From Planctomycetota bacterium (lineage in GTDB: Bacteria; Planctomycetota; JAJSAM01; JAJVHW01): a DNA stretch of 64,000 bases. The notes beneath the pieces were generated by a model. It did no database searches, was not told where the DNA came from, and worked only from the letters and a program-made list of their open reading frames with translations. This document shows, piece by piece, positions 1 to 9,352 of the stretch (position 1 is the first letter of the stretch; every line of letters begins with the position of its first letter). The stretch covers positions 672,001 to 736,000 of the forward strand of contig CBDFJG010000004.1 in NCBI GenBank assembly GCA_965248445.1, given 5' to 3'. Made by a program: the position numbers and the translations under genes.

Positions 1-1
1 C

Positions 2-778
2 GAGGACACGCCCAACATGACCGTCACCTACCAGGGCCGCCACCCGCAGGTGAAGGGCAACGGCTCGGTGCCGTACTACATCGTCTTCGATCACACGGGG
101 AAGATGGTGCAGCACCACATGTGCGGCAACTACCACGGCGGCGACGGCCTGAAAATGATCGAGTGGGTCGACGACATGCTCGAGAAGGCGCCCGAACTCT
201 GGCTCGGCGAGGACGCGTTCGCGACGTACGCCAAGCTCGCGGACCAGATCTCGGCGAAGAAGCACCTGGACAAGGCCGTGATCGAGCTCGAGGCGCTGCG
301 AGGCGCAGAGAGTGCTGCACCAAGTGAGGAGAGCATGGCGGAGCTCGACCGCCTCCACGCTGCGCTCGTCCGCTACCGCGACCGCGGACTGGTGAGTGCG
401 AACGGACTTCTCGCGTCCCGTCCGTCGGAGGCGGTCCCCGCGCTGACCACGCTGTCGGCCGAGATGGGTAACTCCGAACTCGGAGAGCCGGTGAGCGAGC
501 GTCTCGCCGCTGTGGACGGCAGCGATGAGTTGAAGCGCGCCGTGGCTCTCGAGAAGGACTTCCTGAAGCAGAAGAAGCGAATCGAGAAAGCCAAGCCGTG
601 CAAGACCTGTAAGCGCGCCGGTCACAAGCAGCACAACCTCGGCTGCACGGAGTGCGCGGAAAGCAACACGAAGACCCTCGCGTCGATGCGCAAGAAGCTC
701 GACGCGCTGCTCGAGGACGCCGACGGCCTCCCGTTCAAGGCGACGCTCGAGTCCTTCCGCTCATCCCTAGGCGAATGA
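2..778 (+). CDS. Thioredoxin/redoxin-like protein, C-terminal part with helical tail and CxxC..CxxC motif; probably 5'-truncated by the window edge
   Basis: Frame is open upstream of ATG17 to the window start (EDTPN-M). VPYYIVFDHTGK resembles the cis-Pro strand of TlpA-like redoxins; CKTC...CTEC near the C-terminus. Confidence 0.55.
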   Translation, partial: EDTPNMTVTYQGRHPQVKGNGSVPYYIVFDHTGKMVQHHMCGNYHGGDGLKMIEWVDDMLEKAPELWLGEDAFATYAKLADQISAKKHLDKAVIELEALRGAESAAPSEESMAELDRLHAALVRYRDRGLVSANGLLASRPSEAVPALTTLSAEMGNSELGEPVSERLAAVDGSDELKRAVALEKDFLKQKKRIEKAKPCKTCKRAGHKQHNLGCTECAESNTKTLASMRKKLDALLEDADGLPFKATLESFRSSLGE

Positions 779-875
779 CGGAGGAGGGGCTCGCCAAGTG
801 ACAAGGGCGCGGCGGGTGAGAAGCGGGCAGCCGCGGCGCGCCGCGGCCGGTTTCCCCGCCTAGGATGGGCGGGCG

Positions 876-1847
876 ATGAGCGGCGGACTGCTTGGCGACT
901 CTTGGGATGGCTTGAAGGGCCTGGCCAAGAAGGTCACCGATCCCGTGACGTCGCGGTTCGCGCCGATCGGAATCGAAGCCGCCCTCGACGAGCTCGATGA
1001 CGACGGCCCCACCGCCGCGCTCCTGCGTGCGATGAGCTTCGTCGTGCCGGGCGCGTGGGAGAACCCGCGCGACCTCGACACGTTCGTGCGGGAGGCGGCA
1101 CCGGACGCGGATCCCGCAGTACATCAGCAGATCCGCGACCGCGCGCTGTCGCTCTTCGCGCCTCTCTCATCGCGGTACCGGCGAGCGCTCGCGATCTACT
1201 CGAGTGCGGATCTCGTCGACCGGGCCGGCGCCGCGTCCTCCCTCGCCATGCGCATCGGCGACCGCTTCCTCATCCTCGGCGCACTCGAGAAGCTGACGAT
1301 CCGATCCCAGTTCGTACAGGCGATCGACGCCGGAGTGAAGCTCGTGGCCGAGATCCTGGCGTTCTCCCAACTACACGGCGATGTGCCGGTCTCCCCCGAC
1401 GGTGTACGCGCGCTGTTCGAGAACATGAGCGAGCACGCGCGGGAGGACCGGCTGCGTCTTGCCACCTGGGTGGTCGTGGACGGCGTTCTCCCGATGGGGC
1501 CGAACTTCGTGCAGCACTCGATCGACGCGCTCCGCGGGGCGGGCGCAGCGGGTCTCGCGCGCAGCATCGTGTTCGGTCGGGTCGCCGAGTTCTTCCCGGG
1601 CGAAGACGCCGACGCGAAGAAGAACTACGTCGGCACCGCGCTCGATTCTGCGCGGGATTGGGTCGACGGATTCGTGGCCGAGCACAAGCTGACGAGCTTC
1701 GGCGCCGCAGACCGTGTGCGGCAGGTGATCGACGTGTCCGAGAGCGGATTCGAGGTCGTGGCAGCGGCAGCCGACGCCATCGTCAGCTACTACCGGCACA
1801 CCGGGACGCAGACCGTCGCACGCGCCGTGACGCGGGCCGCTATCTGA
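876..1847 (+). CDS. Conserved hypothetical protein
   Basis: 323-aa ORF with protein-like composition. Motifs (FVVPGAWEN, DGVLPMGPNF, YYRHTGTQTVAR) resemble an uncharacterised family I recall from cyanobacteria; not verified. Confidence 0.75.
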   Translation: MSGGLLGDSWDGLKGLAKKVTDPVTSRFAPIGIEAALDELDDDGPTAALLRAMSFVVPGAWENPRDLDTFVREAAPDADPAVHQQIRDRALSLFAPLSSRYRRALAIYSSADLVDRAGAASSLAMRIGDRFLILGALEKLTIRSQFVQAIDAGVKLVAEILAFSQLHGDVPVSPDGVRALFENMSEHAREDRLRLATWVVVDGVLPMGPNFVQHSIDALRGAGAAGLARSIVFGRVAEFFPGEDADAKKNYVGTALDSARDWVDGFVAEHKLTSFGAADRVRQVIDVSESGFEVVAAAADAIVSYYRHTGTQTVARAVTRAAI

Positions 1848-3030
1848 ACGCGCGGTCGGCGTAGATCAACGGCGCGAGCGCAAGGAAGCCGACGGCGGTG
1901 ACCGTCGGAAGCGCGAACCCAAGCAGATCGGCGCGGCCTGCCAGATCGACGAGCAGCGCAGCGAGCAGGGGACCGCCGAGCGCTCCCACGCCGAAGAACG
2001 CTGCGAAGCGGCCGTTCGCGACTGGCAACTGGTCGGGCGTGACGCGCTCCGCGAGCAGCTTGAGTGAAGACGGATACGCGGCGCCGAACGATGCGCCGAT
2101 CGCGAACAGCGCCGAGGCGTGCAATGCTCCACCGAGCGGACCGCGCGCAGCGAACGCCGCGAGCGCGGCTCCCGCGATCCCGAGGGCCGCGCAAACGCCG
2201 AGCACGAACGGCGCGCCCCGCCGATCGGCGAGCCAGCCCGCCGGCAGTTGGATCAGCACCTCACCGAGCACGACGAATCCGACGAGATCGACCGCCGCCG
2301 TTCGCGACAGTCCCAACCGCTGACCTTCCACGGGGAACTGGCTACCCATCGCGGTCTCCGCGAATCCGAACAGCGCACTGCCCGCGATCGCGAGCGCGAT
2401 CGGCCCCCACGGCGGAGCCTGCCCTGGCTTGCCGGAGTCATCACTGCCGATCTCATGACCGCGCAGCGCCACGAGGCCGAGCACGAGCGGCACGATCGAG
2501 AACACCGCTATGGCGGCGAACACCTGCGTGCCGAGCGCGTCATAGAGCCGCGACGACACGAACACACCGACGGCGAATCCGTCGGTCATCGAGATGCCGT
2601 AGAGCGCCATGACGCGTCCGCGCACTCCCGCGCGGACCCCCGCCAGCAGCGCGACCTCTGTCGCGACCCAGCACATCGAACCGAACACGCCGATGATGAA
2701 CCGCACCCCCGGGAGCGCGCGATACTCGTGATCGAGAGCCAGCCCCACCGCGACGAACCCGAGCGCCTGGCCGACGATGCCGATCGCCTGCACGCGCCGC
2801 ACGCCGACACGGGCGACCCACTTGCCGGCCAGTGGACTGGCGAAGATCACGGCGATGGCGAGGGCGACCGTGACCGAAGCCGTGAAGTACTCGCTGGCGC
2901 CGCGCTCCTCGAGCAGCGCCGACACCAGGGGTGACGTCGCCCCGAATGTCATGCCGACCAGCGCCATCGTGGCCAGGACGGCCGCGATCCACGCGACACC
3001 GCTCCGCTCTCCGGGGCTGGACATCAGCAA
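1840..3030 (-). CDS. MFS transporter
   Basis: About 12 hydrophobic helices; motif-A-like GWLADRRG. Confidence 0.85.
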   Translation of the reverse strand: MLMSSPGERSGVAWIAAVLATMALVGMTFGATSPLVSALLEERGASEYFTASVTVALAIAVIFASPLAGKWVARVGVRRVQAIGIVGQALGFVAVGLALDHEYRALPGVRFIIGVFGSMCWVATEVALLAGVRAGVRGRVMALYGISMTDGFAVGVFVSSRLYDALGTQVFAAIAVFSIVPLVLGLVALRGHEIGSDDSGKPGQAPPWGPIALAIAGSALFGFAETAMGSQFPVEGQRLGLSRTAAVDLVGFVVLGEVLIQLPAGWLADRRGAPFVLGVCAALGIAGAALAAFAARGPLGGALHASALFAIGASFGAAYPSSLKLLAERVTPDQLPVANGRFAAFFGVGALGGPLLAALLVDLAGRADLLGFALPTVTAVGFLALAPLIYADRAFR

Positions 3031-3066
3031 CCCACCGTCCTGCGGACGCGCGTGGCGACCGGCTGA

Positions 3067-4821
3067 TCAGCTGCCGCAGGTCGCGGCGACGATGGCCGGC
3101 TCGACCTCGTACTGCGTGAGGAACTCCCGGCGCTGCTGCTTCATGTGAGCGACCCAGGCGCGGTACTCGTCGTTGCGACCAGTGCGCTCGTAGTACGTCG
3201 CCGGGCGCAGAACGTCTGCCGGCACCTTCTGCATGAGCTCGGCGTTCTCGGGCGCATCCACGTCGACGACCAGGTAGCCGAAGTCCGGATCCTCTATCCA
3301 CTTGATCTTGTTCGTCAGCATCGCCTCGAGCATCGCGGACGAGTGGCGGATCTTGACCTTGTGTGCCGTGCCTTCGGCGACTTCCTTTGCGGTGCCGCCG
3401 ACGAAGCCGGTGTTCATCATCCAGAGGTCGACGTCCGGCATGGTCGCGGCCAGCTCGCTGAAGCGCCGGGCCTGCAGCCCGAACGCGCGCGGGAAGAACG
3501 GTTGCGTGAACGGCGAACGGGTCTTGCCAACTTCCTTGCCCGCGGCTGACGTCTTCGTCGTCTCACCCAGCATGAAGTAACCAGCGGCCTGCTCGGGGCT
3601 GGTGAACCGGATGATGCCCGGGGTCGCGGCGTCCGCACCCTCGTCACGGTTGAGGATGCCCATCGACTTGACCTGCGGAATGTCTGTCAGGTCGGCGGCG
3701 TCCTCGACGGACGACATCGGGATGATCGAGCGGCCGTTACCAGTCCACTTCACGAAATCCCAGCCGTCTGCGAGCACTCCGTTGGTATCGACGACCTCGC
3801 CGTACTTCTTGGCGCCCGAGATGTACGCGTCCACGTTGCCCGCGGGAGCGCCCGTCGCGAGCAGCACGTCGCGTAGACGCGCCACTTCCTCGGGCGCCAT
3901 GACGTCCTTCGAGAACTCGAACTTGCCGTCGCCGTCCGTGAAGGCGTTCTCGACCCAGGCCACGCGAGACATCGTCCCGCGGTAGATCACGGGCTCGGTC
4001 TCCTCGGTCAGTCCGTAGGTCTTGGCGAAACAGCCATTCTCGGTGATCGAGAGCTCGCCGTTCGGCCAGAGCGTCACCATGTCGTCCTGGATCGGCTGCG
4101 TGACGTCGCCCTGCTTCGAGAACGTCGTCGTGGTCTTGCCCGTGCCGGACAGTCCCATGATGGTCATCGTGATGTTGTTGCCGCCGACTCGGACCGCCTT
4201 GGCGCCTGCGTGCAGCGTCAGCCCGCCATTCTGGAACGTCAACTCGTTGAGCATGCGGAGCGCGGCCTTCTTCGATTCACCGAAGTAGTCCGGGCCCATG
4301 ATGTAGGTCGTCCAGTTCTCGAGGTCGACGATGATCGCCTGTCCACCGGGAACCGCCGGCGCGTGGTTCGGTGTGTAGACAACACGGAACTGCGCGCGGA
4401 AGTCCGCCGCGTTCGGGAGCACCGACTCCACCGGAAAGCCGAGGATCGACTGCATGGCGGCGATGTTGGCGCCCTCGAGCGTGTACAGCCACTGCACCGG
4501 CACGGCGCGCGGGCCGAGTCCAAGGAATGCCTGCACCTCGATCAGCTTGCCCTGCTGCGCGATGTAGTCGCGCTGCGCGCCGATGAGCTGCTCCGCGCGC
4601 TCGCGGGGCATCACCTTCTGCGAGTACTCCTCCGCGTCGGACTCGGGTGCGACGACGTACGTGTACTTCGCCATGCGCGCCTTGTTGCGGCTGATCTTGT
4701 TGAGATTGCCCTGCGCTGTCACGAAGGTGCACGGTGTGTGCTGCAGGGCGAACTCGCGGAGCTGGTCCTGACTCAGATTGGTCAGGTACTCGACGTCGTA
4801 GGGCCGCAGGTCATCGAACAT
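3067..4821 (-). CDS. pckA: Phosphoenolpyruvate carboxykinase (ATP)
   Basis: YFGESKK, LHAGA, GLSGTGKTT, IQDD and ENGCFAKT motifs; start placed at MFDDLRPY. Confidence 0.88.
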   Translation of the reverse strand: MFDDLRPYDVEYLTNLSQDQLREFALQHTPCTFVTAQGNLNKISRNKARMAKYTYVVAPESDAEEYSQKVMPRERAEQLIGAQRDYIAQQGKLIEVQAFLGLGPRAVPVQWLYTLEGANIAAMQSILGFPVESVLPNAADFRAQFRVVYTPNHAPAVPGGQAIIVDLENWTTYIMGPDYFGESKKAALRMLNELTFQNGGLTLHAGAKAVRVGGNNITMTIMGLSGTGKTTTTFSKQGDVTQPIQDDMVTLWPNGELSITENGCFAKTYGLTEETEPVIYRGTMSRVAWVENAFTDGDGKFEFSKDVMAPEEVARLRDVLLATGAPAGNVDAYISGAKKYGEVVDTNGVLADGWDFVKWTGNGRSIIPMSSVEDAADLTDIPQVKSMGILNRDEGADAATPGIIRFTSPEQAAGYFMLGETTKTSAAGKEVGKTRSPFTQPFFPRAFGLQARRFSELAATMPDVDLWMMNTGFVGGTAKEVAEGTAHKVKIRHSSAMLEAMLTNKIKWIEDPDFGYLVVDVDAPENAELMQKVPADVLRPATYYERTGRNDEYRAWVAHMKQQRREFLTQYEVEPAIVAATCGS

Positions 4822-5189
4822 GCGTCGCTCCGATCCGGATCTAGGTGAAAGACAGCGCCTCGAAGACGGTCGGGAGGCCGTTGCTCCGGCCTCGACCGGG
4901 CTCCCCCCTATGGGCACCGGCGCCCGAAACTCGGGCGTAAAGCGGCACTCTCCCCGAATGCGCGCCCCCGTTCCAAGGCATTCCGCACGGCCGGGTTCGC
5001 CTCGGTGGGCTCGGCCACCCATGGCCGGTGCTCGCCCCGCCAGCGTCCTAGGAGAGTGGCGCCCCGGTCCGGCCGCAGCGCTCGGCGGCGCTGCCTCGAC
5101 TGGATGCTCGGAACGCGCTGCCCGGGGCCGTAGCGTCGGGGGTTCGACAGAGATGAGGCAGCGCGCTTCGCGCGCGACACGAGGTGGAC

Positions 5190-8100
5190 ATGCACGAGAG
5201 TGACAGCGCTTCAGGCTCGGCGTACGTTCGGCATCCGACCATCCGCGGAGACCGCATCGCGTTCTCGGCCGAGGGTGACCTGTGGGAGGCGGACGCCGGC
5301 GGCGGCGACGCGCGGCGGATGACGAGCAGCGCAGCGGTCTGCTCGTTCCCCCGCTACTCCCCCGACGGAAAGTACATCGCGTTCAGTTCGGCAGACGAAG
5401 GACCGCCCGCGGTGTGGGTCATGCCGGCAGGCGGAGGGCCCGCGCGGCGGCTCACGTTCCACGCGACCCCGGACCAAGTGGTGGGCTGGTCGCTCGATTC
5501 GGAGCACGTGGTCTTCCGCACGCTCTCCGTGGTGGGTATCCGCGCGTTCACGCTGGCGCGCGTTCCTGTCGGCGGCGGCGCCGTGGAGGGTCTGTCCTAC
5601 GGCCGCGGCACCGGTATCGCGTATCACGCCGACGGCGACCGCGTCGCGCTGCACCGCCACGGCGGAGATCCCGCGTGGTGGAAGCGTTACGCCGGCGGCC
5701 GCGCAGGGCGCCTCTGGATCGGTCGTCACTCGACGGGCGAGTTCGAACCAGTCCCCGGCGGACCGCGCACCGACGCGTGTCCGATGTGGATCGGCGACCA
5801 GTTGTGGTTCCTCTCCGATCAGGACGGGATGGGCGACATCTGGTGCGCCGATGCCGACGGTAGCCACCGGCGGCGGGTCACGTCGCACGACGCGTACTTT
5901 GCGCGCCACCCCGAGCAGGATGCCGGACGCATCGTGTACTCGATGGGCGGCCGCCTCATGCTCCTCGACACGAACGAGATCAACCCGGAGCCGCGCGAGA
6001 TCCCGGTCAGCGCACGCGGGCACTCCGTCACGTCGCGCCGCAAGTTCGTCTCGGCCGCAGACGGCGTCGAATCGCACGCTCTCTCGTTCGCGGGTTCGAC
6101 TGCCCTGTTCAGCATTCGCGGCCGCGTCGCAGCGCTTCCCTGCTGGGGTGGCGCCGCTCGCATCATCGCCGCCCCGGACGGCGTTCGATTCCGATGCGCA
6201 CGTCCACTCGGCAACACCGGCCGGTTCGCGGCGATCGCGCAGTGGGACGAGAACAGTCATGTCGTCCTCATTCCCGAGGACGGCATCGGCAACGACATGT
6301 CGCGAGCCACGGATCTCGGCCACGTCGGGCGCCGGATCCGCGCGATCGAGGTCAGCCCGGACGGAAAGCGGATCGCGGTGCTGGATCAAGGCCGTGGCGT
6401 CCATGTGATGACGCTGTCGGAGGACGGTTCGTCGGCCGAGACCGTGATGGTCGACGACGACGGCCAGTCATGGGTGCGCCGTGCCGCGTGGTCGCCGTGC
6501 GGAACCTGGCTCGCGTACGCGCGGCAGTTGACGTGGTGGTCCAGCCACCTGTTTCTCTGGAACGTCGTGACCGGCGAGCGGACACCGCTCAGCACGGGCG
6601 AATTCTCCGACGCGGCGCCGGACTGGGATCCTGCCGGGCGCTTCCTGGCGTTCCTCTCGGCCCGTGAACTCGATCCCGTGTACAGCGCCGTGCAGCACGA
6701 CTTCGAGTTCGTCGCCCCGACGCGCGCGTACGCCATCGCCTTGCGCAAAGGCGAGCGACTGCCGTTCGCGGCAGAAGCGGAGCTCCCGCCGAAGGAAGTC
6801 GAGCCCGTCACCGAGCCCCTCGCCGTCGATCTCGACGGCATACAGGATCGCGTCGCGGTGCTCCCCTTCAAGCCGGGCAACCTCACGCAGGTGCTCTGCG
6901 CGACGAGCGGTGTGGGCGTGGTGCGCTATCCGACGGTCGGCGCGCACGCGAGCGAGGACGAGCAGCACGCGGGGCCGAACGCGAAGCCGGCGAAGCTCGA
7001 GATCCTCGACCACCGCGAACGCGAGGTGCAGACGGCCGTGGACGGCATGAGCGGCGCCTCCGCGTCCGGGGACGCCAAACGCTGGATCGTCCGCGCGGGC
7101 AAGCGCTTCCGCGTGATCGACGCCGCCAAATCGAGGGAGGAGAACCCGTTCAAGAAGAAGAAAGACACGTCGACCCCGTCGTCGGGGTGGCTCGACCTCG
7201 GGCGCGTCCGCTTCCACGTGACCCCACGCGCCGAGTTCGGACAGATCCTGCGCGAGGCGTGGTCGCTGCAGCGGGATCACTTCTACGATGAGGGTCTCGT
7301 CAGCGTCGACTGGGACGCGTGCCTCGAACGCTACTCCGCCCTGCTTCCGCGCATTCGCACGCGCGAGGAGTTGATCGATCTCCTGTGGGAGATGCAGGGC
7401 GAACTCGGCACGTCGCACGCCTATGCGTTCGGAGGCGACGTTCCGGCCGAGAAGCAGTACTCGCCGGGCCTCCTGGGCTGCGACTTCGCCCAGGACGGGA
7501 CCACCGGCGCCTATCGGATCGACCGCATCTACCGCGGTGACCCTTGGCAGGAGAAGCAGCACTCCCCGCTCGCCGCGGCCGGTGTTGAAGTCTCCGAGGG
7601 CGACTGGCTCCTCGCCGTCGACGGACTCCCCGTCGGGCGCGAGACCCACCCAGGTGAACGACTCCTCGAACGGGCGGGCAGATCCGTTGTGTTGCGCCTT
7701 GCGGCGTCTGCCGACGGCGCGGACGCGCGTGACGTGACGGTCACCCCGACGCGCGACGAGACGCTCTTGCGATATCGCGCGTGGGTCGACGACAACGAGC
7801 GCCGGGTCAGCGAGGCGAGCGACGGTCGCGTCGGCTACATCCACATCCCGAACATGGGGCCGTGGGGCGCCACGGAGTTCCACCGCACGTTCCTCTGGCA
7901 GGTGATCCAGAAGCGCGCGCTGGTCGTGGACGCTCGCTACAACGGCGGCGGCAACATCTCCGCCATTCTGCTGGCGAAGCTGATGCGCCCGATCATCGGG
8001 TGGACGTTCACCCGCTACGGCGGTGCGCGGACGTACCCCTCCCACGCGCCGCTCGGCCCGATCGTCGTGCTCACGAACGAGAACGCTGGGAGCGACGGCG

Positions 8101-8438
8101 ACATCTTCTCCCAGGCCGTGAAGTCGGTCTCGCTCGGTCCACTGATCGGCATGCGCACCTGGGGCGGCGTGGTCGGCATCGACATGGCGAAGACGCTGGT
8201 CGACGGTGGTCAGACCTCCCAGCCGGAGTACGCGTTCTGGTTCCCCGGCGTCGGGTGGAGCGTGGAGAACCACGGAGTCGAACCGGACATCGAAGTCGAC
8301 CTGACACCGGCCGATGCGTTGCGGGGCGCTGACCCGCAGCTCGACCGCGCGATTCACGAGGTCCTGACCCGCCTGGAGGCTACGCCGCCGGTACCTCCCG
8401 ATCCGGGTCCGCTGCCCAATCTGCGCCACCCGGCGTGA
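5190..8438 (+). CDS. Tricorn protease homolog (S41 peptidase, beta-propellers plus PDZ)
   Basis: PD40-like repeats; GELGTSHAY, GYIHIPNM, DARYNGGG, catalytic AGSDGD, GMRTWGG and ENHGVEPD motifs. Confidence 0.93.
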   Translation: MHESDSASGSAYVRHPTIRGDRIAFSAEGDLWEADAGGGDARRMTSSAAVCSFPRYSPDGKYIAFSSADEGPPAVWVMPAGGGPARRLTFHATPDQVVGWSLDSEHVVFRTLSVVGIRAFTLARVPVGGGAVEGLSYGRGTGIAYHADGDRVALHRHGGDPAWWKRYAGGRAGRLWIGRHSTGEFEPVPGGPRTDACPMWIGDQLWFLSDQDGMGDIWCADADGSHRRRVTSHDAYFARHPEQDAGRIVYSMGGRLMLLDTNEINPEPREIPVSARGHSVTSRRKFVSAADGVESHALSFAGSTALFSIRGRVAALPCWGGAARIIAAPDGVRFRCARPLGNTGRFAAIAQWDENSHVVLIPEDGIGNDMSRATDLGHVGRRIRAIEVSPDGKRIAVLDQGRGVHVMTLSEDGSSAETVMVDDDGQSWVRRAAWSPCGTWLAYARQLTWWSSHLFLWNVVTGERTPLSTGEFSDAAPDWDPAGRFLAFLSARELDPVYSAVQHDFEFVAPTRAYAIALRKGERLPFAAEAELPPKEVEPVTEPLAVDLDGIQDRVAVLPFKPGNLTQVLCATSGVGVVRYPTVGAHASEDEQHAGPNAKPAKLEILDHREREVQTAVDGMSGASASGDAKRWIVRAGKRFRVIDAAKSREENPFKKKKDTSTPSSGWLDLGRVRFHVTPRAEFGQILREAWSLQRDHFYDEGLVSVDWDACLERYSALLPRIRTREELIDLLWEMQGELGTSHAYAFGGDVPAEKQYSPGLLGCDFAQDGTTGAYRIDRIYRGDPWQEKQHSPLAAAGVEVSEGDWLLAVDGLPVGRETHPGERLLERAGRSVVLRLAASADGADARDVTVTPTRDETLLRYRAWVDDNERRVSEASDGRVGYIHIPNMGPWGATEFHRTFLWQVIQKRALVVDARYNGGGNISAILLAKLMRPIIGWTFTRYGGARTYPSHAPLGPIVVLTNENAGSDGDIFSQAVKSVSLGPLIGMRTWGGVVGIDMAKTLVDGGQTSQPEYAFWFPGVGWSVENHGVEPDIEVDLTPADALRGADPQLDRAIHEVLTRLEATPPVPPDPGPLPNLRHPA

Positions 8439-8510
8439 GCCCAATTGCGTGATAGAGTTCATGGGTTCGGACGGGTTGCCCTGACCCGCCGACCGGACCG
8501 GGAGGCCCTC

Positions 8511-9350
8511 ATGCGCACGCGTCACTTCTTCGTCCTCGGAGCGCTCGCGCTCGCACTGACCACGTTCAACTCCACGTCCGCCGAAGCGGGTTGATGCCCT
8601 CGCGGAGGAGGTGTCGCCGGCGGCGGCATGAGCGCGGGCGCGGGAATCGGCGGCGGCGGATTCGGCGGAGCTGCTGCATCCGGTGTGGCCGGCGAGGGCA
8701 CGACCACCGGCATCGTCTGGATCGAGGCGGCGCTCACCGCGCCGGCCGCGATCACCGGTGAGGCCGCTACGAAGGAAACGCTCGAGCAACACCTGCACAA
8801 GATCCTCGAGTCGAGCGAGTGGGACCCCAAGCCGACGTTGCTCTACTTCCATCACGAGCACGACGTCGACGAGGAGGAGGGCGAGAAGCTCACAGCGCAG
8901 GGCAAGCTGAGCCTCAAGCAGTGCAAGTCGCTCGACGACGAGAAGGTCGCGCGCTGGAGCCAGCTCTACAAGTTCGTCGAGGTGAACGTGCCGACGAGCG
9001 AGAACGAACTGCTCGCACGCTTCAAGGCAGGCAACGGGCCGTCGTTCACGATCATCAACCAGGACCTCGAAGTGAAGGCGTCGAGCGGCACCCTCGGCAA
9101 TTCGAAGGGCGTCGTCTCGTTCCTGCAGTCGACGGTGAAGAAGCACTTCCCGGACTACTGGAAGCAGGTCCAGGACCGGCTCGACCTGCAGAAGAAGGCG
9201 CTCAAGGACGCGCGCTCGCTCGAGAAGTCCAAGAAGTACGACGAGGCGCTGGACCGCGTTCGCGAAGTCACGGGTTCGCAACTCCGCATCGGACCGCAGT
9301 ACGACGACGCCGTCAAACTGGGAGCCAAGATCCGCAAGAAGCTCGACTAG
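8511..9350 (+). CDS. Putative secreted selenoprotein (UGA at codon 28): signal peptide, G-U-C, Gly-rich linker, thioredoxin-like domain, helical tail
   Basis: GGAGG at 8501-8505 and ATG8511 give MRTRHFFVLGALALALTTFNSTSAEAG-TGA(8592-8594)-CPRGGG, in frame with the 8628-9350 ORF; KPTLLYF...PSFTII thioredoxin-like pattern. Confidence 0.7.
8595..8640 (+). promoter_or_regulatory. Candidate bacterial SECIS element
   Basis: Apical stem GTGTCGCC(8611-8618)/GGCGGCAT(8622-8629) with a G-containing loop 24 nt after the UGA; basal pairing TGCCC/GGGCG. Confidence 0.45.
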
Positions 9351-9352
9351 AG

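Noticed and set aside
8628..9350. ATG8628 as the true start of the thioredoxin-like gene
   Set aside because: It begins in a Gly-rich linker, the nearest SD-like sequence is about 17 nt away, and it would orphan an in-frame signal peptide with a good RBS; not fully excluded
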